A stretch of 64,000 bases of DNA. It comes from the human T2T-CHM13v2.0 reference genome, Homo sapiens. This document shows, in pieces, positions 1-15,070 of the stretch (position 1 is its first letter; the number at the start of each line of letters is the position of its first letter). The translations under genes and the position numbers were made by a program. The notes under the pieces were generated by a model. It saw nothing but the letters and a program-made list of their open reading frames with translations, had not been told where the DNA came from and did not search any database. The stretch lies in NCBI RefSeq assembly GCF_009914755.1, contig NC_060939.1; one strand, 5' to 3'.

Positions 1-1010
1 GATTACCCAGCTCACATGAACCTGCTGGTGGCTTTCCACAATAGAAGGATATAATTTTCCAGTTCAAAGAGTCTACCGAGTGACTAGCATAGTGAATGAA
101 GAAAGACCTACAACAAGGCACATCATTGGGAAATTCCAGAAAAGCAAGGATAGAGAGAAAATCCTAAAATCTTATAGAGAGAAAAGAGGTCATATATAAA
201 GAGCCAAGACTCAGCATGACACTGACTTCTTCCCAACAACACTGGGAACTAGAAAATAATAGAGCAATATTTCCCAATGTGAGGAGAAGTTATGTTTAAA
301 TTAGAGCATTATTTCCAGCCAAACTATTAATCAGGAGTTGGAGTAGAACAATGACATTTTAAAATATGTGGGGTCGGAAACTTGGCTTCCATTCACTCTG
401 TCTCAGGAAGCCACTGGAAGATGTGCTGCAACACGGTGAGAGGATAAACCAAGGAAAAAGAAGATCTGGGGCCAGGGAACAGGAGATGCACACAGAAGAG
501 GCAGCAGGAAATTCACACGATGGTGCAGAGACATGCCAGGATGCCAGCTGTGCCATGGGCTGAGAGCCGAGTCCAGTTTGGAGCAGAAGGATGGAGTTCA
601 AGGGAGAGAGAGAAGCCTCCAGGAAAATAATGGGGCTGATAGAGTATCCAGTGTATCTTAGTTTTTGGATAATTATCACTAGGCATTTGATAGATTGGTT
701 GAAGCATCTGAAAAAATTGGTAGGTAATTGGTAAAAAATAAAAATAAAAATAAAGAAAAACATAAACAAATGAAGGGAAAAAGTCTACAGCAATTATTAA
801 CTCTGGGGGAATAAAGGAAAGAAATGAAACAATTTCAGTGTGGAACTTGGGTTAGGGAACAATATTTACATAGCTATAAGAATGTAAATGCTTTTGATTT
901 CATAAAATTGTGATCCAGTCAAATTGGTGTAATGGAGGCAAGGAAAGTAAGACCTCATAAGGAAGGTAAGCCCTATACTGTGCTATGCCAGGAATTGACA
1001 GATACTGAAG
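1..1010 (+). mobile_element. Old L1/HAL1-type ORF1-region remnant
   Basis: A-rich plus strand with degenerate L1 ORF1-like text (agagaaaatcctaaaa..., ccagccaaactattaatc). Boundaries approximate. Confidence 0.5.
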
Positions 1011-1061
1011 AAAACAAATCAAGAAATAGCAACATAAACATTCTTTAGAAATACAATGATA

Positions 1062-1365
<304 letters not shown>

Positions 1366-1574
1366 ATAAATACCAGAGGAAGTAGCAAAATCAGCTTAAA
1401 GAGATGGCCTCTGGGAATTAGAACTCAAAGGCAAGAAAGGAAAGGGAAGAGTAAATGGTTTTTGATATAAGCCTTTTATTATCATTTTGTTCTTTTTTCT
1501 TCTTTTCTTGTTTTACTGAGGATTTCTTGATCCAGATACCATTTTGTTCTTAACTCTGTGTATCTAGTACTTTG

Positions 1575-3120
1575 ATCAGAATTAAATATAATGTTATTAG
1601 TTCTGGAGACCTGTTGTACAGCATGATGACTATAGTTAATAATAACGTATGCTTGAAAATTGCTAAGAAAGTAGATTTTTCGCTTTTATTATTATTTTTT
1701 TCTTTTTTTTTTTGAGACGGAGTCTCGCTCTGTCACCCAGGCTGGCGTGCAGTGGTACAATTTCGGCTCACTGCAACCTCCGCCTCCCGGGTTCAAGCAA
1801 GTCTCTGCCTCAGCCTCCCAAGTAGCTGGGATTACAGGCATCTGCCAGCAGGCCTGGCCAATTTTTGTATTTTTAGTAGAGACGGGTTTTCACCATTTTG
1901 GCCAGGCTGGTCCTGAATTCCTGACCTCATGATCCACCTGCCTCAGCCTCCCAAAGTGCTGGCATTATAGGTGTGAGCCACCACGCCCGGCTATTTTTAT
2001 TTTATTTACTATTTTTTTTGACACGGAGTCTCACTTTTTCACACAGGCTAGAGTGCAGTGGCACGATCTCAGCTCACTGCAACCTCTGCCTCCTGGGTTC
2101 AAGTGATTCTCCTGCCTCAGCCTCCTGAGTAGCTGGGACTACAGGCCCATGCCACCACACCTGGCTAATTTTTGGTATTTTTAGTAGAGACGGGGTTTCA
2201 CCATGTTAGCTGGGATGGTCTCCATCTCCTGACCTTGTGATCCACCCGCCTCAGCCTCCCAAAGTGCTGAGATTACAGGAATGAGCCGCTGTGCCCAGCC
2301 TGCTTTTATTATTTTTAATCAACACATAGTTGTATATATTTATGGGGTATAATATTTTATACATGTATACAATGTGTAATGATCAAATCGTAATTAGCAT
2401 CTCCACCACCTCAAACATTTATCATTTCTTTGTTCTGGTAGCATTCAAAATCCACTCTTCTAGCTATTCAAAACTATATAATAAATTGTCATTAATTACA
2501 GTCACCCTATAGTGCTAAAGACACTAGAACTATTCTTCCTATCTAGCTGTACTCTTTGTTTTTGTTTTTGTTTTTGTTTGTCCCCCAGACAGGGTCTCAT
2601 TCTGTCCCTAAGGCTGGAATGCAGTGATGCAGTCACAACTCACTGTAGCCTTAACCTCTTGGACCCAAGTGATCCTTCCACCTCAGCTGCCCAAGTAGCT
2701 GGGACCACAGGCGTGCACCACCATGCCTGGCTAATTTTTAAATTTTTTGTAGAGAGTGGATCTCCCTATGTTGCCCAGCCTGGTCTCAAACTCCTGGCTC
2801 AAGTGAGCCTCCCAAAGTGCTAGGATTACAGGCGTGAGCCACTGCACTCAGCCATGTACTCATGTATCTGTTAACCTGTTAGCCAACCCTTGGTTACCCC
2901 CTCCCCCTTACTCTTCCTCACCTCTAGTAAACACTATTCTAAGCAAAGAGATCTTAAATGTTCTTACCACAAAAATAATAATAAAAGTATGTGAGGTGAT
3001 TAAAATGTTAATTAACTTGATTTAATCATTTCACAATGTATGCATATATCAAAACATCACACTGAACGCTGTAAATGTACACAATTTTTATTTGCCAAAT
3101 ATACTTTAATAAAGATGGGG
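1575..3120. mobile_element. Nested L1MA/L1MB 3' ends (plus-strand host, minus-strand insert) carrying three antisense Alus (~1700-1992, ~2010-2300, ~2560-2852)
   Basis: Plus-strand L1M 3' text at 1575-1680 resumes at ~2940-3120. Minus-strand L1MA 3' text lies at 2310-2550 and 2855-2940. Alu consensus sits in between. Confidence 0.7.
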
Positions 3121-4419
3121 GAAGAATTGAATATGATGTTAAAACAAAAACAATAGCAAAACCTAAAGAAAATTAATAAGCTAGTTCAGACCAGCCTTTT
3201 ACAGATGAGGTCACTGAAGTGCAGAGAGCTGAACTGACTTGTCTGATCTTACACAGCAAGTCACCGGCAGAACTTGGCCTGAAATCCAAAGCCAAGCATT
3301 TTCTAATACCTCCAGCTCCTTCAGTCCAGCCCTCCCGGGGCTCTGCTTGGGGAATTGGTATTGGTGACAAAGGGAATAGAGAGAAACATGCATGGCGTTC
3401 TCCATTTAGATTAACATAATCACACTGTGCCAGGGCGTCAGCCGGAAACAGTGCAAACTCCAAGAGTGCTCCCCCGACCCTTTTCCCCTCCCCATCCTCT
3501 CTCATAATCAACTTCAGCAAAAAGGACTGAGAAGAAAAGGGAATCTTAGATGACTCTCACTAGGGTATAAATGGCTCCCACCATGATTTTTATTTTATTG
3601 AGACATAAATCTAAAAACAGTTTGACGGATAGGATGCCAGGCAGTAGAATGAAGACAGATGGGGAAACTGCCTAGGGTCATGAAGAATGTGGAGGCACTG
3701 AGGTCCTGAGTAATTTCATAAACAACACCTTAGGAAATGTCCAGCACCATGGTTTTTTACCTTCACTCAGGACCCACAAGGCCCCACGTTCTGACAGATT
3801 TTGTTTATCAGACAAATTGCACTCAGTCATGCTTCATTCATGTTCCCTGGAGAGTTCCCAGGTTACATAGAATTGAGATAATCTCCCCCCTCCCCGTCAC
3901 CCCCACGAAGACACTCCATCTTTCTGTTTGCAATACAATCTTATACGGATCAATATTAGATTTTCATGGCGCTCTTTGCATTTTGCAACTATTGCTCAAG
4001 CTGGAGACCCAAAAAGAGCACTAGCTTTAGAGTCAAAGACCCCTGGGTTCCAGTTTCAGCTGAGAGACTGTGAGCACATCACTAGCCCACTCTAATCCTG
4101 TATCCCAGTTGTATAATCACCTATTTCCCATCAATTGCAAGGCTGGAGAGAAAAGTGCCCACTCTGTGACCAGTACACAGTAGGAGCTTAGTACGCTTAT
4201 CTTGCTTCCCCACTATCCTAGTGTGTTAGGGGAAAGACAGAGATGTGGGGAATGGCACCTGGGAGGCTCCAGCTGTATGCTTCATAATACTACCGAAGAA
4301 AAATCTGAATTAGGCTTCAGTTTCCCATCTAAAAAATGAGACAGGACAGGAGTGGGTAGGAAGAGGAGGAGCTGGGCTTTGTTGGTTTAAGCTGGGCCCG
4401 TCTGATTCTGTAACGTGGA

Positions 4420-4720
4420 CTTCACTGTCGGATCCAGCCCACTCCCCAGCCGGAGCTTCGCGTGCTCTGAATGTCTTTTGGGCAAGTCCAAGGCTGTCCA
4501 GGGTCGGGGTGGGGAGGCGGGGTGGTGGGTAGCGGGGTGGGGAGAAGCAGTTCCCACACATAACCTGTAGGTGGCACCAGAGCAGCGCAAGAGCCAAGGG
4601 TTCCGCTCCAGCGTTCCTGGAGACCCGGGCAGGGCGGGGTAGGGCTAGGCAGAGGTGGTGCACACCGCTCAGCTGGGCAGCGCCACCAGCGCGGCTGCGG
4701 ATGGATCCACACCGTTTGAA
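4420..4720. promoter_or_regulatory. Orphan CpG-rich element with CTCF-like motif and G-tracts
   Basis: Local CpG enrichment; CCTGTAGGTGGCAC at 4564-4577; G-runs at 4501-4542; GC box near 4632. Confidence 0.55.
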
Positions 4721-5216
4721 ATAGACACATAGGTCTTCTGGCTAATTTCCTCTCTTTAATAGGGTGATCATATGCTTTATCATCCAAATCCAGACACTTC
4801 GGAGAGTGAAAGGGGACACTAATAATTGCACCGGGACAGCAGACATAACCTTAGCTGTACCTTGCAAACCAGAACGAACATATGGTTGCCCTACCCTCTG
4901 GTCACTTTTTCTTCCTTGTTTCCATTCTTTTTATTTTTATTTTTTTCTTCTTAAACACACAGCATTCTTTTTCCCCGAGCGCCATTGTCTTTTAAAATGC
5001 CCTTGCAATCAGGATATTTCCGACCATGCAACATCGGCTTCCGCATCTTGAGTCTGAACAGTCTCTCTGAACCCACTCCAAAGGCTGGTTTTAACTTCCA
5101 GTCAGAAGACTCTGTTCCTGGCTTACTATCCCCATGACTCAGGAATTAAAGATGTCAGACGTGGAACAGTGGGCCTTATCTCAACTTTGGTGCCTCTTTG
5201 CTAAATTTGTTCCTGA

Positions 5217-5600
<384 letters not shown>

Positions 5601-6010
5601 TAGACAAGCCCCATTAAGCAGGATTTTTATATTTCCAAGATCATCCCATTACGCCATTCAACCCCAAATTAGCATGCCATTTATCCCCTTGTTTCTGAAC
5701 CCTCTTCACTTAGTAGTCTCGGAAACATCCATTGCAAAACGGACTCAAACTTTGCTCACTTCCATTTTTATTTATCCAAGTAATGATTTGTCTGGGGGAG
5801 TCATTAGTAGAGAATTGTGCCCTTAAATGTATTTTTATAGTTGGATGCTGCTAGTTAATCTCTCTGTCATTCTCACATTGCAACCAACGACTGTGGGTTT
5901 CTGTCTTAACCTAAAATCTAGGTTAGAAATTTGGTTTTATCTGAATAGGATATTAATAGATAATGTGAAAAAAAATTTAATTTACTGAAACTTTTCTCAG
6001 CTAAGAATGA

Positions 6011-6385
<375 letters not shown>

Positions 6386-6432
6386 TAGAGGCAAGATTTT
6401 CCTTTTTTTCTTCTTTTTTAGTAAAGTATATT

Positions 6433-6846
6433 TGCTATGGTTGGAATGATTGTGTCTCCTCCAAAATTCATGCTGGAATTTAAGACCCAATGTGATAGTA
6501 TTAAGAGGTGGAGTGTTTAGGAGATGACTAAGTAGTGAGGGAGAAGCCCCCTCATGAATGGGATTAGTGACCTTATGAAAGGGCTTGAGGGAGCTACCCA
6601 GCTCAGTTTTGGTCTTTTGCTTTTCTGTCCTTTCCACCATGTTAGACACAGCCTTCCTCATCCCTGGAGGACTCAGCATTCAACGTGCCTTCTTCGAAGC
6701 AGAGAGCAGCCCTCACTAGACTACAAACCTGCTGGTACCTTGATCTTGGACTTCCCAGCCACCAGAACTGTGAGAAATACATTTTTGTTTTTATACATTA
6801 CCCAGTTTCAGCTATTTTGTTACAGCAGCACAAATGGACTAAGACA
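6433..6846 (+). mobile_element. ERVL-MaLR solo LTR (MST/MLT1A-like)
   Basis: Starts TGCTATGGTTGGAATG...CCAAAATTCATG and ends ACAAATGGACTAAGACA, typical MST/MLT1A termini. Confidence 0.85.
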
Positions 6847-6849
6847 GTA

Positions 6850-7513
<664 letters not shown>

Positions 7514-8605
7514 TATTTATTACCCTTCCATTTTTATGTCTAACTCAGTGTCTTGTGGGGTCTATTGGTACTTTTTAGCTGGATTGATATTAAAAATCTT
7601 CTTATCGATGGAGCTTAGGAAATTTTTAGAAGATGAAAGCCTAATAAACCCAAGCCCCCCAATCTTAAGCCAACTTTCCTTCTCATGACTGCATCAGTTG
7701 CTCTTCTTTGTGTGGTATTTTTTTCCTTACAAAGCTGATGGAAAACCAAGGAACACAGAAGCTCTTCATCATGTTATCAGCTTACAGACACTTGTCATCT
7801 GAATAACAGGGTAGATATTTATAACCTGAAATGTTAAAATAACAATAGCACACACTTACATACCACTAACTGCTGTTCAAAGTGGCTTCACATATATTAT
7901 TTTCCTCACAACACCTCTGTGAAATAGACACTATTATTGTCATCCCCACATTTTAAATGGGGAAATTCAGGCAGAGAGAGACCATGTAACTTTCCCAAGG
8001 TGGTAGAGCCAGGGCTTGAACCTGTGTTTTCTGGTTTTAGAAGCTACACACTTCACCACCATACCATATTGTGTAGCCTGATGCTTCCTGTAGTTACAGT
8101 ATTTTCTTCTATTAGCTTGGGAGCATTTTCTGAATAATACAAATCTTATAAATTTCCTTGAAAGAATACGAGTAAATTGAAATGGAAGATCTAATATAGA
8201 ATGTGTGGCATTCGTGAATAAGTTATAGGACTCTCTGGTTTTAAATAATAATTATTTGCTTATCTTGTGACTTTTGTCACACAGGGCTGTAATGCGCTAG
8301 CCTCATTTTCCTTCTCTTCAATAGGAGGAGATGGACTCAGAGACAGGCACAATTTATCCTAAAGTCTCATCACACTTTCCCTCACCATCTGGAAGCTGGA
8401 GACAGGTTCATGAAATCTGGATTGAGAACTAGTTGAATGCCACTTGTAGCATAGCAAGTCTAAGAAAGAAAGATGGTTTTACTTGCCAGTTCTGTTGCAC
8501 AGGGTCCTGCAAGTTTTGGCAGTTAACATATGTGACCAACAGTTTTCTCACAAAGATTATCAGGGTTCTAGAGGAAATTATCTTCCAGTTTTATTCTGCT
8601 GCTAA

Positions 8606-8927
<322 letters not shown>

Positions 8928-9194
8928 AGTGCTGTATTTCTTTATAAATGAACTAATTAATTATTGGTCACTTGTTTTTCATTAGGCATTTCTTTTCCTC
9001 TTTATGCTGTTTTATGTCTCTTTATGCCCAGCCCCAGGTTTTTCCTTCTAACACCAAGAAGATTATTGAAATTTTCTCTGTCAAACTCCCAGGCTCGAGT
9101 GATCCTCCCCCGTCTGCCTCCCGTGTAGCTGGCATTACAGGTGTGCACCATTGCGCCCTGCTGATTTTCTCTTTAACCTTCCCCCTGAGCATGT

Positions 9195-9342
9195 GTACAC
9201 ATACACACAAACATAAATATAGATACCCACACATCCACATGTATACACAAACACACACACAGAAACATACACATATCTACATGTACTTATTAGATATACA
9301 TTTACAAACACAAACACACATGTGCACACACATATGTACACA
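9195..9342. repeat. Degenerate (CA)/(TACA) simple repeat
   Basis: Directly visible CA/TA-rich alternating tract. Confidence 0.8.
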
Positions 9343-9541
9343 TCTTCCATCTTCTTCTCAAGACTCAGGGTTCTCAGAGAGTGGAAAGAGCATTATACCA
9401 TGAGTCAAGAATCAACTGTGCAACTTTGCTCAAGTGTCTTTCCTTTCGACATATTGTTTATAATAATAAACATCCTTACCCACCAATTAGGGTTATTTTG
9501 AAGATAAAACAGAAAGGAAGGATAACAGAATGATGGTATGT

Positions 9542-10095
9542 TGTATAGCTAAAAAAAAATTAATCTTGACCCAAAAGAGTTCTGGCCTTTGTCCTCGACT
9601 CCTAGGAGGTAATCTCCAACATGTAATGCCTGACAGGAATATCTTTGCCTGTGGATCTCGGGTCTTGATGGATAGTCTAGTAGAAAGATTTAGGGTGGGG
9701 ACCAGCCAGTCCAGGAAAACCAACTATGTGATTTAGAGTCCAGGCTTTATGTCACCCCTGGAATCATGGGAGACTCGAAACTAAGAGCAACCACGTGGAC
9801 AATCAAGCATGCCTCTGTGATGAAGTTCCAGTAAAAACCCTGAACACTGAGGCTTGAGGGAGCCTCACTGGCTGGGAATACTCCATGTGTATTGGCACAT
9901 AGCAAAGTCAGGAGGGTAATGCACTCTGACTGCATGGGGAAGGGATAATGGACACTCCATGTCTGGTGCCCTCCTGGACTCAGCCCTATACCTTTCTTCC
10001 CCTGGCTGATTTTAGTCTATATCCTTCCCCTGTAATCAAACCATAACTGTGAGTATAACAGTTTTCTGTGAGTTCTGGCCAGTTCTTAGAGGTAA
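9542..10095 (+). mobile_element. LTR (MER21-like)
   Basis: MER21-type text (ggcctttgtcct...gaggtaatctc; ...aaccataactgtgagtataaca...tctgtgagttct). Confidence 0.65.
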
Positions 10096-10865
10096 GCAAA
10101 CAGAGCTCATCTACTGCTTGTTGAAAAAACTATTTTAAAATCCCTAAACCAAAGAAGGCCAGAGTTCTCATGAATCTGACCCAACAGATTTTGAAGCCAA
10201 AGCTGAGGGCATTTGAAGCCAAAGCCAGGCTACACAGAGATGAGGCTCCTGGGAGGGAACAGGTGCAGTCCTGCTCAGGCTGCAGTGTCCCTGGGCTACA
10301 GCTGGACAAGGGCTCCCTCTGGGTCACAGCCTCTAGGGACAGAGTTTGGGGCAGGTTGACTGTCTGATTTGTAGGACTCTGGTGATGAGCTCAGCTGGGA
10401 AACTGTGTGGTAATGGGAAGAGAATGGTTTTGCTTTTCCAAATCATCCACCCTCTGCATGCTTTGATCCATACTGGAACTCAGTGTGGAAACAGTGCCTT
10501 TGAACAGCCTAAGCCTAAACTCTGGGGCTGTGTGTCCAGTTTCCTGGCCTCCAGCTTAGTTCACTCCTTACCCCGCCCATCACTGATACCAGATCCATCC
10601 TCCCAAATATCCTTTCATCATGTTACCTCCCTACCACCTCATGGCACCTTCAACACAACAGGAAATGTCTCCAACCTCAGCCTGGTATTCAAGGTTCTTT
10701 CTGATGTGGCCCACCTCTCACCACTCCACCACATCTCCCTGTGGGCCCTGCCAAACTGGATCATTTTTTTTCTATCCATGAGCTGTGAACTTTCCCACCT
10801 CCAAATTGTTGCTTATACTGTGTCCTTCCTCTGAATGTTCTCTTCCTCCCTCTCCCCCAGTCCAA

Positions 10866-10975
10866 ATGCTATAGACTGAATTGGGTCTCCCCAAAATTCA
10901 TACATTGGAGCTCTGATCTGCTATGTGATTGTATTTGGAAATAGAGCTCTTAGGAGATAATTAAAGTTCGGTGAG
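10866..10975 (+). mobile_element. 5' fragment of MaLR LTR (MLT1A/MST), interrupted by L1
   Basis: TGCTATAGACTGAAT...CCCCAAAATTCATA start; stops at the L1 5' end. Confidence 0.7.
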
Positions 10976-13900
10976 GGAGGAGGAGCAGATCAAGATGGCT
11001 GAATAGCAGCCTCCACCAATGATTCTCCTTGCAGGAAAATCAAATTTAACAACTGTCCACAGCAAAAAAGCATCTTCATAAGAACCAAAAATCAGGTGAG
11101 GACTCAAAGTACCTGGCTTTAACTTCATATCGCTGAAAGAGGCACTGAGGAGGGTGGGAAAGACAGTCTTGAAACACTGATGTCACCCCTCCCCCATCCC
11201 TCAGCAGTGGCCGCTGTGGTGCTGAGAGAATCTGTGCACTTGGGAGAGGGAGAATGCAGCAACTGTGGGACTTTGCACTGAACTCAGTGCTGCCCTGTCA
11301 CAGCAGAAAGCAAAACCAGGTGGAACTCTCATGACACCTGCCCATGGAGGGAGCATTTAGACCAGCCCTACCCAGAGGACTTCACCCATCCCAGTAGTTA
11401 GGAGGCTTGAGGCTTGGGTTTTGACAAGCCTTGGCATGGCAGGCTATCATGCTCTGGGGCCCTAAATAAACTTTCAAGCCAGTCTAGACCATAAGGACTT
11501 CAACTCCTAGGCAATTCCTAATGCCATGCTGGGCTCAGAGCCAGTGGACTCGGGGCACACAACCTAGAGAGACACCAGGCAAGGGAGCCAAGGGAGGGTT
11601 TGCACCACCCCTCCCCCAACCCCAGGCAGCACAGCTTGCAGCAACAAAAGTGACTTCTTCCTTTTGCTTGAGGAGAGGAGGGGGAAGAGTAAAGAGGACT
11701 TTATCTTACATCTTGGATACCAGCTCAGCCACAGTAGGATAGAGCACTAGTCAGAGTTGAGAGGCCTCCATTCCAGGACGTAGCTCCTGAATTACATTTC
11801 TAGATACACCCTGGGCCAGAAGGGAACCTGCTGCCTTGAAGGAAAGAACCCAGTCCTGGCAGGATTCATCATCTGCTGACTCTAGAGCCCTTTTGACCCA
11901 AATAACCTGCAGTGATACCCAGGTAGTATGCTATGGGCCTGGAGTAAGACTCTGAGGCATGCTGGCTTCGGGTGAGACCCAGCATATTCCCAGCTATGGT
12001 GGCTGTGGTGAGAGACTTCTTCTGCTTGAGAAAAGCAGAGAGAAATGCACAAGGGACTCTGTCTTGCAGCTTAGGTACCTGCCTGGCCACAATGTGGTAG
12101 AGCATCAAATGGGCTCTTGTGGTCACTGATTCTAGGCCTTGGCTCTTAGACAGCATTTCTGGACCTGCTCTGACCTCACCCTGAAGGGTGAGTCCCAGGC
12201 CTGGAAGCATTCACCACAAGCAACTGAAGAGCCCTTGGGCCCTAAGTGAACATAGCCAGTAGCTTGGCAGTACTCGCTGTGGGCCTGTGGGGGTGGCCAC
12301 AGGGTGAGGCTCCTCTGCCTGTGGAAAGGGGAAGGAAGAATGGGAAGGACTTTTTCACATGGTTTCAGTGCCAGTTCAGCCACCATAGACTAAAGCACCA
12401 GGTAAATTTCTGAGGTTTTTGACTCCAGTCCCTGGCTCCCAGACAGCATCTCTGGACCCGCCAGGGCCTGAGGGAACTCATTGGCCTGAAGGGAAGGACA
12501 CAAACATGGCTGGCTTTGCCACCTGCTGACTGTAGAGCCCTAGGCCTTGAGTGAACATAGGGGATAGCCAGGTAGTGTTTACAGCAGGCTTTGAGTGAGA
12601 CCCAGTGCTTTGCTGGCTTTAGGTCTGATCCATTGCAGTCCCAGTGGTGGTGGCCATAGGGATGTTGTGTCAGCCCACCCCTAGCTCCAAGTGGCTCAGC
12701 AGAGAGAGAGAGACTGAGACTGTTTGTTTGGGAGAAATGACAGGTAGAGGATAAGAATCTCTGCCTGGTAGTCCAGAGAATTCTAGATCTTACCCAAGAC
12801 CACCAAGGCAGTACCTCTATGAGTCTGCAAGAACCATAGCATTACTGGGTTTGGCGTGTCCCCTAATGCAGATACAGTTTAGATCACAAGACCCACATCC
12901 TTCAAATACCTGGAGAGCCTTCCCAAGGATGGGTACAAACAACCCCAGACTGAGAAGACTACAATAAATACATAAATCTTGAATGCTAAGGCACTGACAA
13001 ACAACTGCAACCATCAAGACCATCCAGGAAAACATGACCTCACCAAACAAACTAGAGGGGCGAATCCTAGAGAAGCAGAGATAAGTGACCTCCAGACAGA
13101 TAATTTAAAATAGCAGTTTTGGGGAAACTCAGAGAAATTAAAGATAACACAGAAAGGATTCAGAATTCTATAAGATAAATTTAACAATGAGATTGAAATA
13201 AAAAGAATCAAGCAGAAATTCTGGAGTTGAAAAATGCAATTGACATAATGAAGAATGCATCAGTCTCTTAATTGTGGAATTGATCAAGCAGAAGAAAAAA
13301 TTAGTGAGCTTGAAGACAAGCTATTTGAAAATATACAGTTAGAGAAGACAAAAAAAATTTTTTTTTAATGAAGCATGCCCACGAAATCTAGAAAACAGCC
13401 TCAGAAGGGCAAAGCCAAGAGTTATTGGCCTTAAAGAGGAAACAGAGAAATAGAAAGTTTATTCAAAGGGATAATAACAGAGAACTTTCCAAACCTAGAG
13501 AAAGCTATAAATATTCAAGTACAAGAAGATTATAGAACACCAAGCAGATTTAACCCAAAGAAGACTACCTGAAGACATTTAATACTCAAACTCCCAAAGG
13601 TCAAGGATAAAGAAAGGATCCTAAAGCAGCAAGAGAAAAGAAACAAATAACATACAATGGGACTCCAATACGCCTGGCAGCAGACTTTCTGTGAAAACCT
13701 TACATGCCAGGAGAGAGCAGCATGACATATTTTAAGAGCTGAAGGAAAAAACTTTTACCCTAGAATAACATATCCAGTGAAAATATCCTTTGAACATGAA
13801 GGAGAAATAGACTTTCCCAGACAAACAAAAGCTGAGGGATTTCATCAACACCAGACCTATCCTACAGGAAATGCTAAAGGGACATCTTCAATCAGAAACG

Positions 13901-14470
13901 AAAGGACATTAATGAGCAATAAGACATCATGTGAAGTTACAAAACTCACTGGTAATAGTAAGTACACAGAAAAACACAGAGTATTATAACACGGCAATTG
14001 TGCAAACAACTCTTAAGTAGAACGACTAAAAGATGAACCAAACAAAAATAGTAATAAGTACAACAACTTCTCAAGACATAGACAGTGCAATAAGATGTAA
14101 GTAGAAATAGCAAAAAGTTAAAAAGCAGGACAAATTAAAATAGAGTTTTTATTAGTTTTCTTTTTATTTGTTTCATTGTTTATTTGTTTGTTCCTTTGTG
14201 CAAGCAGTGCAAAGTTGTCATCAGTTTAAATAATGGGTTATAAGATGGTATTTCCAAGCCTCATGGTAATCTCAAATTTAAAAATATGCAATAAATACAC
14301 AAAACACAAAAAGCAAGAAATTAAATCATACTACCAGAGAAAATCACCTTCACAATAAGGAAGACAGAAAGAAAAGAAGAAAGAGAAGACCACAGCAACC
14401 AGAAAACAAAATGGCAAGAATAAGTCAATACTAACATTGAATGTTAATGGACTAAACTCTCCAATCAAAA
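10976..14470 (+). mobile_element. Old L1 (L1PB/L1MA class): 5'UTR, disrupted ORF1 and start of ORF2; 3'-truncated
   Basis: caagatggctgaatag L1 5' start; ORF1-like text at ~13000-13920; ORF2 endonuclease start LTLNVNGLNSPIK at 14431-14469, then an abrupt end. Confidence 0.85.
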
Positions 14471-14889
14471 CTGTTATGGAAAGAACTGTTATGGAGCAGT
14501 TCTCCCCATTCCCACCCACATCATTTTTCATCAACTCTAGATGAGCTAAGGGCCCCCAAATGCCTTAGGCTGAGCATTCCTTGGGGTGAGGTCCCTTCTT
14601 GCTCAGAGCCTAAAGACAAGTAGTGATATTGTTTCTGCCTGTCCAGTGTTTCCTAACAGGCCTTCAGTCTCCAGAGTGGAGAATCTGCCTTTGTGTGGGG
14701 TATTAGTAAGAAAATCTAGGAGCCACATCCAATCCTCTCTCACCCTGCTGCATCCAGGGAATGTGCATGTGACTTAGACTCAACCAACCAAATGCTCTTT
14801 CCTTGCATGGGAGAATTTGTGTGAGAAAGGCGGAGAAACAGAGATGGCTGTAGTACCACCAGAGGTCATGGGATAGGCAAGCTGAACTT

Positions 14890-15070
14890 TTTCTGCTCAG
14901 AGACTGTTATTGTGGTTTTTGGGGACTTCCTCTTTGTCTCTTGGCTCCTAACTGTTCTCAAGCCTGATTCGTCAGCTCCCTTCTACTCTGTCAGTTCCCT
15001 GACAGTCTTTCAGTAAGTCCCTTTTACTTAAGTTAGCCAGATTAGTTCTTAAGCTTTTAACCAAGAATGC
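14890..15070 (+). mobile_element. MLT1-type LTR 3' fragment
   Basis: ...cccttttacttaagttagccagattagttct...aaccaagaat resembles an MLT1 3' end. Confidence 0.5.

Noticed and set aside
12990-13990. L1 ORF1 as a functional CDS
   Set aside because: Multiple stops and frameshifts; longest listed ORF is 70 aa.
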